A program made the translations under genes and the position numbers. This document shows, in pieces, positions 53,573 through 63,986 of a stretch of DNA of 64,000 nt. This DNA is from an uncultured Candidatus Saccharibacteria bacterium (GTDB lineage: Bacteria; Patescibacteriota; Minisyncoccia; Phycocordibacterales; PALSA-1337). The notes under the pieces are model-generated. The model was not told the origin of the DNA. It saw nothing but the letters and a program-made list of their open reading frames with translations, and did not search any database. Within the stretch, counting starts at the first letter, position 1; each line of letters begins with the position of its first letter. The stretch is from NCBI GenBank assembly GCA_964558375.1, contig CAZLCD010000001.1:17091-81090 (forward strand), in the 5' to 3' direction.

Positions 53573-54103
53573 TTATTCGGCATTAGTGTAAACATCTTGA
53601 ACTTCGTCATTTTCTTCGAGGGCTTCTACCAAAGTCTGCAGAAGTGATATGTCCGCGTCTTCAAGTGGCATAGTCATATTTGGAACCACTCCTTCTGCAC
53701 TTTTTGTAAATGCCCAAGAGGCACTTCCAGGCGAAGCAAGCTCTGAGCCGTGTTTGGCAAGAATAGCCTTTATCTCTTGAGCAGCCTTGTTGCGATTGTC
53801 GGTAAGAGCTTCGATGAGTATAGCGACTCCGCCTGGACCGTAGGATTCGTAAGTGATGTGTTCCATCTGAGCACTGTTGTCTGTCGTCGCCTTTTTTATC
53901 GCTCGATCGATAGTATCGTTTGGCATATTTTCTTTCTTTGCTTTTTCTATAGCCAAGGCCAGTCCTGGGGACTTCATATTGCCACCAGCTTTCTTTGCTT
54001 CTACAGAGATAAAGCGCACAAGCTTTCCAAAAACTTTACTTTTCTGTCCATCATTCTTAGCCTTCTGATGCTTGATCTTTGAAAATTTATTATGTCCGGC
54101 CAT
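53573..54103 (-). CDS. yebC: YebC/PmpR (TACO1) family protein, short form
   Basis: MAGHNKFSKIKHQKAKNDGQKSKVFGKL...NMPNDTIDRAIKK matches the YebC N-terminal region. Confidence 0.75.
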   Translation of the reverse strand: MAGHNKFSKIKHQKAKNDGQKSKVFGKLVRFISVEAKKAGGNMKSPGLALAIEKAKKENMPNDTIDRAIKKATTDNSAQMEHITYESYGPGGVAILIEALTDNRNKAAQEIKAILAKHGSELASPGSASWAFTKSAEGVVPNMTMPLEDADISLLQTLVEALEENDEVQDVYTNAE

Positions 54104-54122
54104 GGTTTTATTTTTTAAAGTT

Positions 54123-55340
54123 TTAATTGACCACCATCTTCACGAACCTCTTCTTCCCTATCCTCAAAGTCACACTATCTGAAGCTTTGAGAAAAATATC
54201 GGAGATGATTTCATCTGTACCAACAACAGATACAGCATTACCTTCTACAAGACGCTTCCAGTCTGCATTTGAGCTCACCACTTCTGCCTTTACCAAAGCA
54301 TCACGAACACTTGATCCACGCGCTATTTGTATTTCCATAATATCGTCTGGCACTTCACCTTTTGAAAAAGTTTTTTCGAAAGCTTGTTCAGCTTTTTGTG
54401 CTGCTTCACTTCCATGAATCATATTTATAATTTCTTTGGCTAATTTTATTTTAAATTCTTTTGGATTTGTACCAGATTCTATAGATTTTTTAATTGAGTC
54501 AATTTCTTCAAGGGAAATATCAGTAATAATTTCAAACCCTGGGATAATTAGATTATCAGCCCAGCTCATCACTTTTCCAAATATCTCTTCTGCACTCTGG
54601 TCTAAGCTAACCATATTACCTTCTGTTTTGCCCATTTTCTTACCAGAAGAATCTATGAGAAGCTTGCTTGCTATCACAAATTTTTCTTTTTCCTTCATCT
54701 TCTTCATAAGATCGCGGCCCATAAGCATATTGAAGGTCTGATCATTACCCCCCACCTCGCCATCTACATCCATAGCTACAGAATCATAGCCTTGCATCAA
54801 AGGATACATAAGTTCATGCAAGAAAAGATCTTTGCCTTCTTCTATTCTCTTCTGAAACATGTCGCGCTTGATAGTCTGAGCATGACTTACTTGAGACATC
54901 AATTTTAAAATATCTTCTAGAGTCATCTTGGCCAACCATTCGGAGTTGTATCTCAAGGTCGCCGGATTGTCTCCATCGAACGATATAAAGCGTGAAGCTT
55001 GCTCTTTATATAACCTGCAATTTTCTAAAACTTTTTCATGCGTTAATGGCACGCGAGCAGACATCTTGTCTGTAGGATCGCCGATCATTGCTGTAAAGTC
55101 TCCTATGAGGAGGATAATCTTATGACCAAGCTTTTGGAGTTGTGCTAATTTTTTTAAAGGAATTAAGTGCCCAAGATGCAAGGTCGGCCCAGTCGGATCG
55201 ATACCAAGATAGAAAGAAAGTTTCTCCCCCTTCATCATTTTGCTTTTCAAAAAGTCTTTGTTGGGGAAAATAGCTTCGACGCCTCGAGACAAAACTTCAT
55301 CGATCACTACTTCTTCTGAATTTTTTTTATCAGTTATCAT
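54123..55340 (-). CDS. tyrS: Tyrosyl-tRNA synthetase
   Basis: HIGH-type motif GIDPTGPTLHLGH, KMGKT (KMSKS variant), C-terminal S4-like domain. Confidence 0.85.
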   Translation of the reverse strand: MITDKKNSEEVVIDEVLSRGVEAIFPNKDFLKSKMMKGEKLSFYLGIDPTGPTLHLGHLIPLKKLAQLQKLGHKIILLIGDFTAMIGDPTDKMSARVPLTHEKVLENCRLYKEQASRFISFDGDNPATLRYNSEWLAKMTLEDILKLMSQVSHAQTIKRDMFQKRIEEGKDLFLHELMYPLMQGYDSVAMDVDGEVGGNDQTFNMLMGRDLMKKMKEKEKFVIASKLLIDSSGKKMGKTEGNMVSLDQSAEEIFGKVMSWADNLIIPGFEIITDISLEEIDSIKKSIESGTNPKEFKIKLAKEIINMIHGSEAAQKAEQAFEKTFSKGEVPDDIMEIQIARGSSVRDALVKAEVVSSNADWKRLVEGNAVSVVGTDEIISDIFLKASDSVTLRIGKKRFVKMVVN

Positions 55341-55380
55341 AATTCTATGTAATATAGCATAAATATGCTAAAATCTCGAA

Positions 55381-57921
55381 ATGAGTCGTAAGAAAAAGTT
55401 CCTCAGACATATCAAGTGGCATATAGTAAAACCGCTTCTCATTTTGAGCTTATCTCTAGTACTTATATTGTCTAGTATAGGTATTATATGGTTTTCAACC
55501 TTAAAGATTCCAGATCTAAGTGCTTTCGAGGCACGCAAGGTTACTCAATCGACAAAAATCTTTGACCGAACTGGAGAGATACTGCTTTATGATGTACACA
55601 ATGATGCTAAGCGCACCATAATTGCCTTTGAATACATTTCAAAATACATAAAAGACGCGACAATCGCTATAGAGGATTTGGAATTTTATACACATAAAGG
55701 AATCAAGCCTACAGCCATTCTTCGTGCAGTTTTGTCGAACCTTGCTCCGGGTGGTCTAACTCAAGGAGGTTCAACCATCACTCAGCAAGTTATAAAAAAC
55801 TCTGTTTTAACAAAAGATAGAACAATCACAAGAAAATTGAAGGAGTGGATCTTGGCTTTGAAACTCGAGAAGGCTCTTACCAAGGATCAGATACTAGATA
55901 CCTATCTCAATGAAAATCCTTATGGAGGAAGTATCTACGGAGTAGAAGAAGCTAGCAAAACTTTCTTTGGAAAAAGCGCTCATGATGTGACATTGGCTGA
56001 AGCTGCCTACATTGCGGCTATCCCCCAAGCTCCGACGTTTTATTCTCCATATGGCCCAAACAAAGCTCGCCTAGACCTAAGGAAAAATCTAGTCTTGCAA
56101 CAAATGAAGGCCAATGGCTTTATAACCGACGAAGAATATCAAGCTGCATCCAAGGATGAAGTTAATTTCTTAGAAAAAAACACAACGGGTATACGTGCTC
56201 CCCACTTTTCCCTATATGTCAAAGAATATTTGGTAAATAAATACGGCGAAGAAGTAGTCGAAGAAGGTGGTTTAAAAGTTACAACAACTTTAAATTATGA
56301 TTTTCAAGAAAGAGCCGAAAAGGTTATTTCCAATTTTGCACCAAACCTTGCATCACAGTTCAATGCAAGCAACACCGCCATGATAGCCATAGATCCAAAA
56401 ACTGGAGATATTTTGACCATGGTTGGATCTCGAAATTATTTTGACAAAGAAATACAAGGAAATTTTAATATTACAACTGCTTTTAGACAACCAGGATCGA
56501 CCTTCAAACCCTTCGTCTACGCTACAGCTTTCATGAAGGGTTATACTCCGGAAACAGTCTTGTTCGATACAAAAACAGAATTTTCTTCAGAATGTACACC
56601 CGAAGGTAAACCAAAAAATCCAAAAGACGATATAAAAGTCTGTTATTCTCCAGACAATTATGACGACATTTTCGAGGGACCACAGACCATACGTACAGCC
56701 CTTGCTCATTCTAGAAACATACCCGCAGTAAAAGCTCTGTACCTTGCCGGCATTTATGACTCCATACAAACAGCCGAAGCCATGGGAATAACCAGCCTAA
56801 AAGATCCGGATCGTTACGGACTAACCTTGGTGCTTGGAGGTGGAGAAGTATCTCTCATAGAACTTACAAGTGCTTATGGAGTCTTTGCAAATGATGGTAT
56901 AAGAAATCCATATCGATCGATACTAAAAGTCGAAGACAAAGATGGCAATATTCTAGAAAAAGCAGAGTTCAACCAAACCCAAGCCATACCAGTACAAGTT
57001 GCTCGTCAAATATCCGACATACTATCTGACCCCTCCGTTCGGTTGAGTGGTGTCACTTCAGCGGTTGGCCATCTCAACAGACAGATTGCCACTAAGACCG
57101 GAACAACCAACGACTTCCGCGATGTATGGATCGAAGGCTATACACCGAACATCGTGGTCGGTGCCTGGGCCGGCAAAAATGACAATACCCCGATGGAAAG
57201 AAAGGTGGCCGGCACTATCATCACCCCTGTCTGGGGAGCCTTTATGTCAGAGATAAATGATATTTTAGAAAAAGAAAATTTCAAGAAGCCAGAGCCTTCA
57301 TCTCCCGATGTAAAGCCAGTCCTTCGTGGTATCTGGAAAGGAGGAGTATCTTATAAAATAGACTCTATTTCACAGAAGCTAGCCACAAACTTTACACCTT
57401 TAGAATTACAAAAAGAAGTAGTTTTCAATAATGTACACACTATTCTTCATTGGCTAGACAAGAAAAATCCAAACGGAGAACCATTGAAAGATCCGAAGGA
57501 AGATTCCCAATATGAAAACTGGGAATATGGTGTTCGAAAGTGGCTTGATGGTTACAAGCTCACCAACCCAAGTTTTGCAGAAACAAATGAGATCAAAATC
57601 CCGACAGAAACTGACGATGTCCACACCGCAGAAAATATCCCAAAAATTAGCATAGTCTCCCCAAAGTCTGGAGACAAGGTACCTTACGGAACAAGAACCT
57701 TTATCAAGATCAGCCCTGTGGGCAAGTACCCTATCAAAAAATCCGAGCTATACATAAACGACAAGTATGTATTATCAAGTGAAATAAACCCAACATCCAT
57801 AAGTTTTATACCAGAAGACATAAACAATATACAAGACAAAAACATCATAAAGGTTGTTGTCTACGATGCAGTCTTAAACAAAGCCGAGGCGACTGTAGAT
57901 ATAGAAATTACCAGGGAGTAA
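55381..57921 (+). CDS. Class A penicillin-binding protein (transglycosylase + transpeptidase)
   Basis: N-terminal TM, GT51 motifs (EDLEFYTHKGI, GGSTITQQ), transpeptidase SxxK/SxN/KTG (STFK...KTGTT). Confidence 0.9.
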   Translation: MSRKKKFLRHIKWHIVKPLLILSLSLVLILSSIGIIWFSTLKIPDLSAFEARKVTQSTKIFDRTGEILLYDVHNDAKRTIIAFEYISKYIKDATIAIEDLEFYTHKGIKPTAILRAVLSNLAPGGLTQGGSTITQQVIKNSVLTKDRTITRKLKEWILALKLEKALTKDQILDTYLNENPYGGSIYGVEEASKTFFGKSAHDVTLAEAAYIAAIPQAPTFYSPYGPNKARLDLRKNLVLQQMKANGFITDEEYQAASKDEVNFLEKNTTGIRAPHFSLYVKEYLVNKYGEEVVEEGGLKVTTTLNYDFQERAEKVISNFAPNLASQFNASNTAMIAIDPKTGDILTMVGSRNYFDKEIQGNFNITTAFRQPGSTFKPFVYATAFMKGYTPETVLFDTKTEFSSECTPEGKPKNPKDDIKVCYSPDNYDDIFEGPQTIRTALAHSRNIPAVKALYLAGIYDSIQTAEAMGITSLKDPDRYGLTLVLGGGEVSLIELTSAYGVFANDGIRNPYRSILKVEDKDGNILEKAEFNQTQAIPVQVARQISDILSDPSVRLSGVTSAVGHLNRQIATKTGTTNDFRDVWIEGYTPNIVVGAWAGKNDNTPMERKVAGTIITPVWGAFMSEINDILEKENFKKPEPSSPDVKPVLRGIWKGGVSYKIDSISQKLATNFTPLELQKEVVFNNVHTILHWLDKKNPNGEPLKDPKEDSQYENWEYGVRKWLDGYKLTNPSFAETNEIKIPTETDDVHTAENIPKISIVSPKSGDKVPYGTRTFIKISPVGKYPIKKSELYINDKYVLSSEINPTSISFIPEDINNIQDKNIIKVVVYDAVLNKAEATVDIEITRE

Positions 57922-57930
57922 TGCCCCTCT

Positions 57931-58188
57931 TTACTTAATATCCTTTATAAAAAACTCTTTGGGGTTCGCGCCGAGCGCTTTCAATATACTATTCTTTTTA
58001 ATAAAAATCTGACTTTTTATAGCTGAGCTGGTTTTTATTTTCAAAATCCCCTCCGCAACAGATATATGTTCCATGGGTATCTCCTCCCCTATTTCTTTCT
58101 TTAGGATTTTAGCGATAGCCATGCGTTTACCGATTTCCTTTACAGCCGAAGATTTAAATTTATCAAAAAAAGATCCGATCTCTTTCAT
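57931..58188 (-). CDS. Small hypothetical protein downstream of dnaN (possibly DUF721/DciA-like)
   Basis: Position immediately after dnaN only; no motif confirmed. Confidence 0.3.
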   Translation of the reverse strand: MKEIGSFFDKFKSSAVKEIGKRMAIAKILKKEIGEEIPMEHISVAEGILKIKTSSAIKSQIFIKKNSILKALGANPKEFFIKDIK

Positions 58189-58190
58189 AT

Positions 58191-59300
58191 TTATCTATTC
58201 ATAGGCATCACCAAGTATCTAAAGGATGTATCGGAAACAGGAAGAATAATCATGGGTTTGTTCAGTCCACTAAAATTCAAGGTGACACTGTCAGAATCAA
58301 TGGACTGAAAGCAATCGATAATGTATTTGTAATTGAAGTTTATTTCTAGCGCTTCCCCTGTTATCACCGCATCCAAACTTGTGCTGTTTTCACCAATATC
58401 ATTGTTTTTGGTTTTGATTTCACAAACCTTGGATGATGGATTTATTTTAAAGTTGATTTGATTAAATTTATCAGAAAATATATTTGAAAGTTTGAGAGCA
58501 TTGACCAAGTCTTGTTTCAAAGCTACCACTTCAGTTGTAGTTACCTTTGGGATAATCTGTTTATAGTCAGGGAAAACACCATCGATCACCCTAGAGATGA
58601 GGTAAATATCCTTATAACTAAAGGATATTTGGTTTTTATCGAGCACAATCTCTATTTCATCATTTATACCCTCCAATATTCTTATAATGTCCGGAATATT
58701 TTTGTAGGGTATCAATATTTGACCGAAATCCTTAGTCTTTTTTATTTTTACCTTTTTCTCTGCTAGTCGAAATGAGTCTGTCGCCACGAAAACTACAAAT
58801 TCTCCGTCGCAATAAATATAAACACTGGATAATTCAGGTTTAATACTAGAAACTGAAGCACTATACCAGACAGATTTCAATCCCTTAGCAAAATCACTAC
58901 CATTTAGGCTAAAAGAGTTTTCATTTGAAGCTACCCTTGGAATACTTGGGAAGTCGTCTGCGCTTATGGTCTTGATTAACCCAGAACTGCGCGGAGAGAG
59001 GATTTTTAAGTTACTTTGATCAGTGAGTAGTGTAATATTATTTTCATCATCTGTTATACCATTTAAAAAGGAATTGATTATCTGCGCAGGGACAGCTAAA
59101 ATCCCACCCTCTTCTATCTTTGCAGGAACAACTATCTCAATACCTAGATCTAGGTTTGTGGATTTTATAACTAAACTGTTTTTGGAAGAAGCGTCTATCA
59201 ATAAACAAGAAAGAACCGGTAGGGTCATGTGCTTGCCCGCCACCTTCTCGGCATAACCGATCGCTAATTTGAATTTACCCTGTGAACATTCTATTCTCAT
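58191..59300 (-). CDS. dnaN: DNA polymerase III beta sliding clamp
   Basis: Three-domain beta-clamp similarity. Start reassigned to the internal ATG at 59300 (MRIECSQGKFKLAIGY...). Confidence 0.9.
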   Translation of the reverse strand: MRIECSQGKFKLAIGYAEKVAGKHMTLPVLSCLLIDASSKNSLVIKSTNLDLGIEIVVPAKIEEGGILAVPAQIINSFLNGITDDENNITLLTDQSNLKILSPRSSGLIKTISADDFPSIPRVASNENSFSLNGSDFAKGLKSVWYSASVSSIKPELSSVYIYCDGEFVVFVATDSFRLAEKKVKIKKTKDFGQILIPYKNIPDIIRILEGINDEIEIVLDKNQISFSYKDIYLISRVIDGVFPDYKQIIPKVTTTEVVALKQDLVNALKLSNIFSDKFNQINFKINPSSKVCEIKTKNNDIGENSTSLDAVITGEALEINFNYKYIIDCFQSIDSDSVTLNFSGLNKPMIILPVSDTSFRYLVMPMNR

Positions 59301-59538
59301 GTTTGTGTATATATTATATATAAATCTTATTACTATTATTAGTCCTGTGGATATGGTGATAAGTGGTATAAACCCATACATAGAGCCATATTACAGCTCT
59401 CGTCCATGTGGATATTTTTATAATAAGTTCTTGAGGTTTTTTCATATTTTTATTTTTCTAATTTTATTCTCAAGTTGTTCATATATCAATCACCATCAAT
59501 CAACAGTTTTTCCACAAGCTTACCAACAAGCTTATCCA
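59301..59538. promoter_or_regulatory. Candidate oriC (DnaA-box cluster plus AT-rich unwinding region) between dnaA and dnaN
   Basis: DnaA-box-like 9-mers: tgtggatat at 59346 and 59407 (reverse complement of aTATCCACA), ttttccaca at 59506, ttatccact at 59532. AT-rich tatatattatatataaa at 59308-59325. Confidence 0.5.
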
Positions 59539-60885
59539 CTACATCATTGCGCGGATCTGGGAAATCTCATTAACCAAAACAGAGTTTGTTTTGAGTTCAC
59601 CCTTTATCTTTTCACAAGAATGTATAACGGTAGTATGATCTCTTCCACCAAGCTTGTCCCCTATTGAAGGGAAAGAAACATTGAAGTCTTCTCTAAGAAT
59701 ATACATTATCACTTGGCGAGGCTTCACCACCTCCTTTTTTCTTGTTTTATCCAAGATACTGTCTTCACTTACATTATAGAAGTCTGTTATTAATTTTATT
59801 ACTTCCTTTATAGATATGTTTTTCTTTGGCTTGGTATTGTTTTTAACGAGATTTTTGATCTCTATTAAGCTCAAAGGGCGGTTTTTGAGTTGAGTCTGGC
59901 AGACAATGGCATTGATAGTCCCCTCTATTTCTCGGATATTGGTCTCTATATTTGCAGCTAAAAAGTCCAAGACTTCGTTACTAAGCTCGACATTATTCAT
60001 AAGACCCTTAGCCTTGAGAATGGCGATTCTGGATTCATTGTCAGGCTCAGGAATGTCGATAATCATCCCCGCTCCGAAGCGAGACTTCAATCTGCTTTCA
60101 AGACCGGGGATGAAGTTTGGATGCTTGTCTGAAGAAAAGACTAATTGGCGGTTGCTCTGGTAGAATGTTTCAAATAGATGAAACAACTCCTCTTGAAATT
60201 TTTCTTTACTAGCAAAAAACTGGATATCATCCATGATAATAACATCATATTTTCTATACTTATCTTTGAATTTTTGTATGCTATTTGTCTGTAAAGAAGA
60301 AAAGTATTCGGAACCAAATCTCTCCGAGGTCAAATAAAAAACCTTTTTCTGAGGAAAATCCTTTTTTATATGATTGCCTATGGACTGTATAAGGTGAGTT
60401 TTTCCAACACCAGTGTTTCCGTATATAAATAGAGGGTTGTATGTGGCTCCGGGATTTTTGATCACCGCCTTTGAAGCAGCATGGGCAAGTTCATTGAAGG
60501 GACCGACAATAAAGGAGTCAAAAACGTATCGAGGATTGAGATTATCCTCCTTGTTTATATAGAAATTTTCCAAAGGCATGGAAATGGTGGGGCTAAACTG
60601 AGATGGCTTGTTCTCGACAGGCTTTTTCTTGTCGCTACTTTTAACAATAGAGTATTCGAGTGCTCTTATCTGATCATCGAGCTGCCTTAAGCTCTTAAGT
60701 ATAGCGTTGTGATATTTTTTGTATAGCCATTGTTGAATAAAAGGGTTAGGAACACCAAGATATATCACCCCCTCCTCTTTTTTGACTATGTAGGTGTCTT
60801 TGAACCAAGTAGAAAAATTGTTTTGTGAAATGGCAATTTCCAAATCTATAAGCGCTCTATTCCATAAATCACTATAATCTTTCAT
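59539..60885 (-). CDS. dnaA: Chromosomal replication initiator DnaA
   Basis: AAA+ Walker A GNTGVGKTHL, DnaA domain IV. Confidence 0.95.
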   Translation of the reverse strand: MKDYSDLWNRALIDLEIAISQNNFSTWFKDTYIVKKEEGVIYLGVPNPFIQQWLYKKYHNAILKSLRQLDDQIRALEYSIVKSSDKKKPVENKPSQFSPTISMPLENFYINKEDNLNPRYVFDSFIVGPFNELAHAASKAVIKNPGATYNPLFIYGNTGVGKTHLIQSIGNHIKKDFPQKKVFYLTSERFGSEYFSSLQTNSIQKFKDKYRKYDVIIMDDIQFFASKEKFQEELFHLFETFYQSNRQLVFSSDKHPNFIPGLESRLKSRFGAGMIIDIPEPDNESRIAILKAKGLMNNVELSNEVLDFLAANIETNIREIEGTINAIVCQTQLKNRPLSLIEIKNLVKNNTKPKKNISIKEVIKLITDFYNVSEDSILDKTRKKEVVKPRQVIMYILREDFNVSFPSIGDKLGGRDHTTVIHSCEKIKGELKTNSVLVNEISQIRAMM

Positions 60886-61006
60886 GAATAAATTTTTTTA
60901 GATAAAATAATAAAGTAATTATATACTTGTTTATAAATTAGCAAACTTGTGGAAGTCGTATAACTATGTTGATAAACTGTGGATTATAATATATACTACT
61001 TTCACT
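60886..61006. promoter_or_regulatory. dnaA upstream region with additional DnaA-box-like sites
   Basis: cttgtggaag and ctgtggatta (TGTGGAT core) within the AT-rich spacer between dnaA and rpmH. Confidence 0.4.
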
Positions 61007-61141
61007 ATGTCATTTACATACCAACCAAAGAAAAGAAAGAGAGCAAAGACACATGGATTTTTGGTGCGTTCAAAGTCGCCTACAGGACGAAATGTCCTTA
61101 GACGTCGACGTACAAAAGGCCGTAAAAAGATAGCTGTATAA
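61007..61141 (+). CDS. rpmH: 50S ribosomal protein L34
   Basis: [44 protein letters not shown]. Internal start within the listed ORF; classical rpmH-rnpA-yidC order. Confidence 0.85.
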   Translation: MSFTYQPKKRKRAKTHGFLVRSKSPTGRNVLRRRRTKGRKKIAV

Positions 61142-61142
61142 T

Positions 61143-61478
61143 ATGCTACCTCGATCAGAGAGGATTTCTACAAAACTATTCAAAGAAGTAATACAGAAAG
61201 GCGCTATACACCATAGCGATTTTCTTATTCTGAGAAGTCAAAAAACCCTTAATTTGAGCCGTTTTGGCATATCGGTGCCCAAGAAAGTCGCCAAGACAGC
61301 TGTCTTGAGGAATAAAATCAAGAGAAGGCTCTATTTAATTATAAAAAGCTTGAAACCAAGGATATCCATACCGACAAACACTATAATTATAGTAAAAAGT
61401 GGCTTGGAAAAGGCCAACCTGAAGCAAACCCATGAAGAAGTAGTCAAAATCTTTGTTAAAAGTGGGATTTTGAAGTAG
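61143..61478 (+). CDS. rnpA: RNase P protein component
   Basis: Basic protein with RNR motif region (RNKIKRRLY). Sits between rpmH and yidC. Confidence 0.8.
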   Translation: MLPRSERISTKLFKEVIQKGAIHHSDFLILRSQKTLNLSRFGISVPKKVAKTAVLRNKIKRRLYLIIKSLKPRISIPTNTIIIVKSGLEKANLKQTHEEVVKIFVKSGILK

Positions 61479-61488
61479 AATACACATT

Positions 61489-62214
61489 ATGTTTTCATAT
61501 CTATATCACACCCTCATCTTTAATCCACTTTACAATGGACTTATATTTTTGTTCGACACCGTACCATTCATAGATGCTGGCTTTGCGGTGATTATTTTCA
61601 CCATCATCGTGCGCCTAATACTCTTCCCTCTTTCCAAGAAAGCCATAGTCACTCAAGTTCGCATGAAAGAGATAGAGCCAGAGCTAAATAAGCTAAAGAA
61701 AGCAGTTCCAGACAAGCAACAGCAAGCCTTGAAGGTTATGGAACTCTATAAAACAAAAGGGGTCAATCCTTTTTCAAGCTTCTTCCTACTATTCCTTCAA
61801 CTTCCTATCATCTGGGCACTATACTCCATTTTCTTAAATTCAGGTCTACCTAAAGTTCAAGAAAGTCTACTCTATAGCTTCGTATCTATACCAGAGATCA
61901 ATATGAGTTTCTTAAGTTTTGCCAACATCGCAGACAAAAGCATCTTTTTTGCTCTCTTGGCTGCAGTTGCTCAATATTTACAGCTACACTTCTCACTTGC
62001 TTCAAGCGGACCTGTTGCAAAGTCGGACAATCCATCCATGGATATGGCTCAGAACATGATGAAAAATATGAAATACGTTTTCCCTGTTATGGTTTTCCTC
62101 ATCTCCTACAAAATATCAGCCGTAGTCGCTATATATTGGACAGTTAGTAGTTTATTCACTTTAGCTCAAGAGATTGTAGTAAAGAAACATTTGCTGGCTC
62201 ACAAACCGCTATAG
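61489..62214 (+). CDS. yidC: Membrane protein insertase YidC (short YidC/Oxa1 form)
   Basis: Five-TM core with a conserved hydrophilic groove region. Synteny after rnpA. Confidence 0.8.
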   Translation: MFSYLYHTLIFNPLYNGLIFLFDTVPFIDAGFAVIIFTIIVRLILFPLSKKAIVTQVRMKEIEPELNKLKKAVPDKQQQALKVMELYKTKGVNPFSSFFLLFLQLPIIWALYSIFLNSGLPKVQESLLYSFVSIPEINMSFLSFANIADKSIFFALLAAVAQYLQLHFSLASSGPVAKSDNPSMDMAQNMMKNMKYVFPVMVFLISYKISAVVAIYWTVSSLFTLAQEIVVKKHLLAHKPL

Positions 62215-62239
62215 GCTAAAAGTTAGACTGACCTTTCTT

Positions 62240-63496
62240 CTATTGGTTGAGGTCTAGTGACCACAATGTCAGATCCCCTTTGTTTATGAAATAGAGGAAG
62301 TCTTCTCTAGGATCCAAGACTAAGTTGGTTGCATCGATAATTTTGTCTGAAAGTGTAAGAAGGTTTGCAAGTATATGAACTTCACCTGTGACAGTGTCTA
62401 GATGCCATATCTGATCCACAAAAGACTTTGATCCCTTATACCATTCATCTGGATACACCCCACTCTCTATCTCAGAGGGTACAGCACAATACACTTCATT
62501 TTTTCGGAGTGTGCTCCACACACATTTGTCAGCTAAGGTTTTGAAGATAACTTCAGTTGTTGTTCCATTTTCAATATTTAGAAGTCTGGTTGCTATACTA
62601 TCCCCATTTGTACCAGAGTATATTGCTTTCTTACCATCGCGACTTATCTTGGCTGAAAGTCCCTTTACCCCACCGAAAATCTTCTTTGTTTTGCCAGTTT
62701 TGGTATCAATACTATACATATATCCAGAAGATATAGCAGAACCCTTAGTTGTAATACTTATTGTAGAAGTCTCTGGCCAATCAATGTTCACTTGTGTAAG
62801 AGGAATATCAGAAATTTTCGTCTTATTTTTTTCATCAAAGGTAGAGATATATCCTATTCCCTTTCCACCCTCTATATTCCAACTAAAGATTTTATTCTCA
62901 ATTGGTGAGACGACGATCTGATCTATTTCTTGGGATAGATATCTGCCACGTATTTCATATGGAGAAAGGGTCGAGGTCGATGACGCTGTCATTTGCGTTT
63001 TTCGTATTTCTGAATAGAAGTTCGTCACTATATCTGAATTTTCTTTTAAATATCTCAAGATCACTACATCCAAGTTTTTATTCCAATAGCTTTCATATAC
63101 TTTCGGTAATGTTGTATTTGAAATTTTATTTATCTCTTCTCTATCTCCGAAAGCCTCACTTACATGCCCTGTTCCTCTATCTACAAACCTCACCACAGAT
63201 GAGCTTGCTGTACTACTAGCTGACATACCTGCTGTAGGTGTAGTGCTTAGTTGACGCAGCTTCGGTAATTGTCTTGTGACGATATCTGGGGTCGAAGTCG
63301 CTGTACTTGTGGCTGTTGGTTCTACATTATTTACTGGTGGCTTTACATTGTTGCGGAAGAATGGAAAGAAGCCTTTAGGAGTCTCAGTACCGTCTGGGGC
63401 GAGGTATACATCAGGGTTCTGAGTGTAATACCAATAATACACTCCACCAGCGAGGAGTAATATTATAACTATAGCTACAATGATTTTCTTGAGCAT
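62240..63496 (-). CDS. Hypothetical membrane-anchored protein, probable beta-propeller periplasmic domain
   Basis: N-terminal TM, S/T-rich linker, then repeated beta-strand segments. No catalytic motif. Confidence 0.4.
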   Translation of the reverse strand: MLKKIIVAIVIILLLAGGVYYWYYTQNPDVYLAPDGTETPKGFFPFFRNNVKPPVNNVEPTATSTATSTPDIVTRQLPKLRQLSTTPTAGMSASSTASSSVVRFVDRGTGHVSEAFGDREEINKISNTTLPKVYESYWNKNLDVVILRYLKENSDIVTNFYSEIRKTQMTASSTSTLSPYEIRGRYLSQEIDQIVVSPIENKIFSWNIEGGKGIGYISTFDEKNKTKISDIPLTQVNIDWPETSTISITTKGSAISSGYMYSIDTKTGKTKKIFGGVKGLSAKISRDGKKAIYSGTNGDSIATRLLNIENGTTTEVIFKTLADKCVWSTLRKNEVYCAVPSEIESGVYPDEWYKGSKSFVDQIWHLDTVTGEVHILANLLTLSDKIIDATNLVLDPREDFLYFINKGDLTLWSLDLNQ

Positions 63497-63497
63497 T

Positions 63498-63986
63498 TTA
63501 TTTTTTCTTTAATGTTTTTTCTATAAGGTCTATTCTGGCTTGCATCATTTTGGTGTATTGATCTAAAGTAATTCCTATGGCAACCACGGGCGCAGGATTG
63601 GCAAGGGCGGCTTTATATTCTGTGAGTTTGTTATTTATAAGTTTTACCTCAAATTCAGGCGGGTTAGTAATTCCTTGAAATTTACTTACAGAATTTCTTA
63701 TTACCTCCTCTTCTTTTATTTGATCCAAATAAAATATTTCTTGCTTTCTCAAATTTAAACCAGCTACTCTATCAGTCGCATTAATAATCTCTATTTTCTG
63801 ATCATAAACTTCTTTAATTGTATTTTCGATAATGGTGATTTGTGCTCTATCTAGTGCACCGGTACTGGTATGAATAAGATCATAAGCTCTAGCAAAGTTT
63901 ACTTGACCAACAGCTTCTGCCTTCAATTTATTTTCTGTGACAACCCCCTTCTTTACATCAAGTTTTAATTTCTCTAATTCAACCAA
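63498..63986 (-). CDS. Hypothetical coiled-coil protein (N-terminus may lie beyond the listed start or window)
   Basis: ORF begins with a non-ATG (TTG) codon in the track. Helical, K/E-rich sequence. Confidence 0.3.
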   Translation of the reverse strand: MVELEKLKLDVKKGVVTENKLKAEAVGQVNFARAYDLIHTSTGALDRAQITIIENTIKEVYDQKIEIINATDRVAGLNLRKQEIFYLDQIKEEEVIRNSVSKFQGITNPPEFEVKLINNKLTEYKAALANPAPVVAIGITLDQYTKMMQARIDLIEKTLKKK

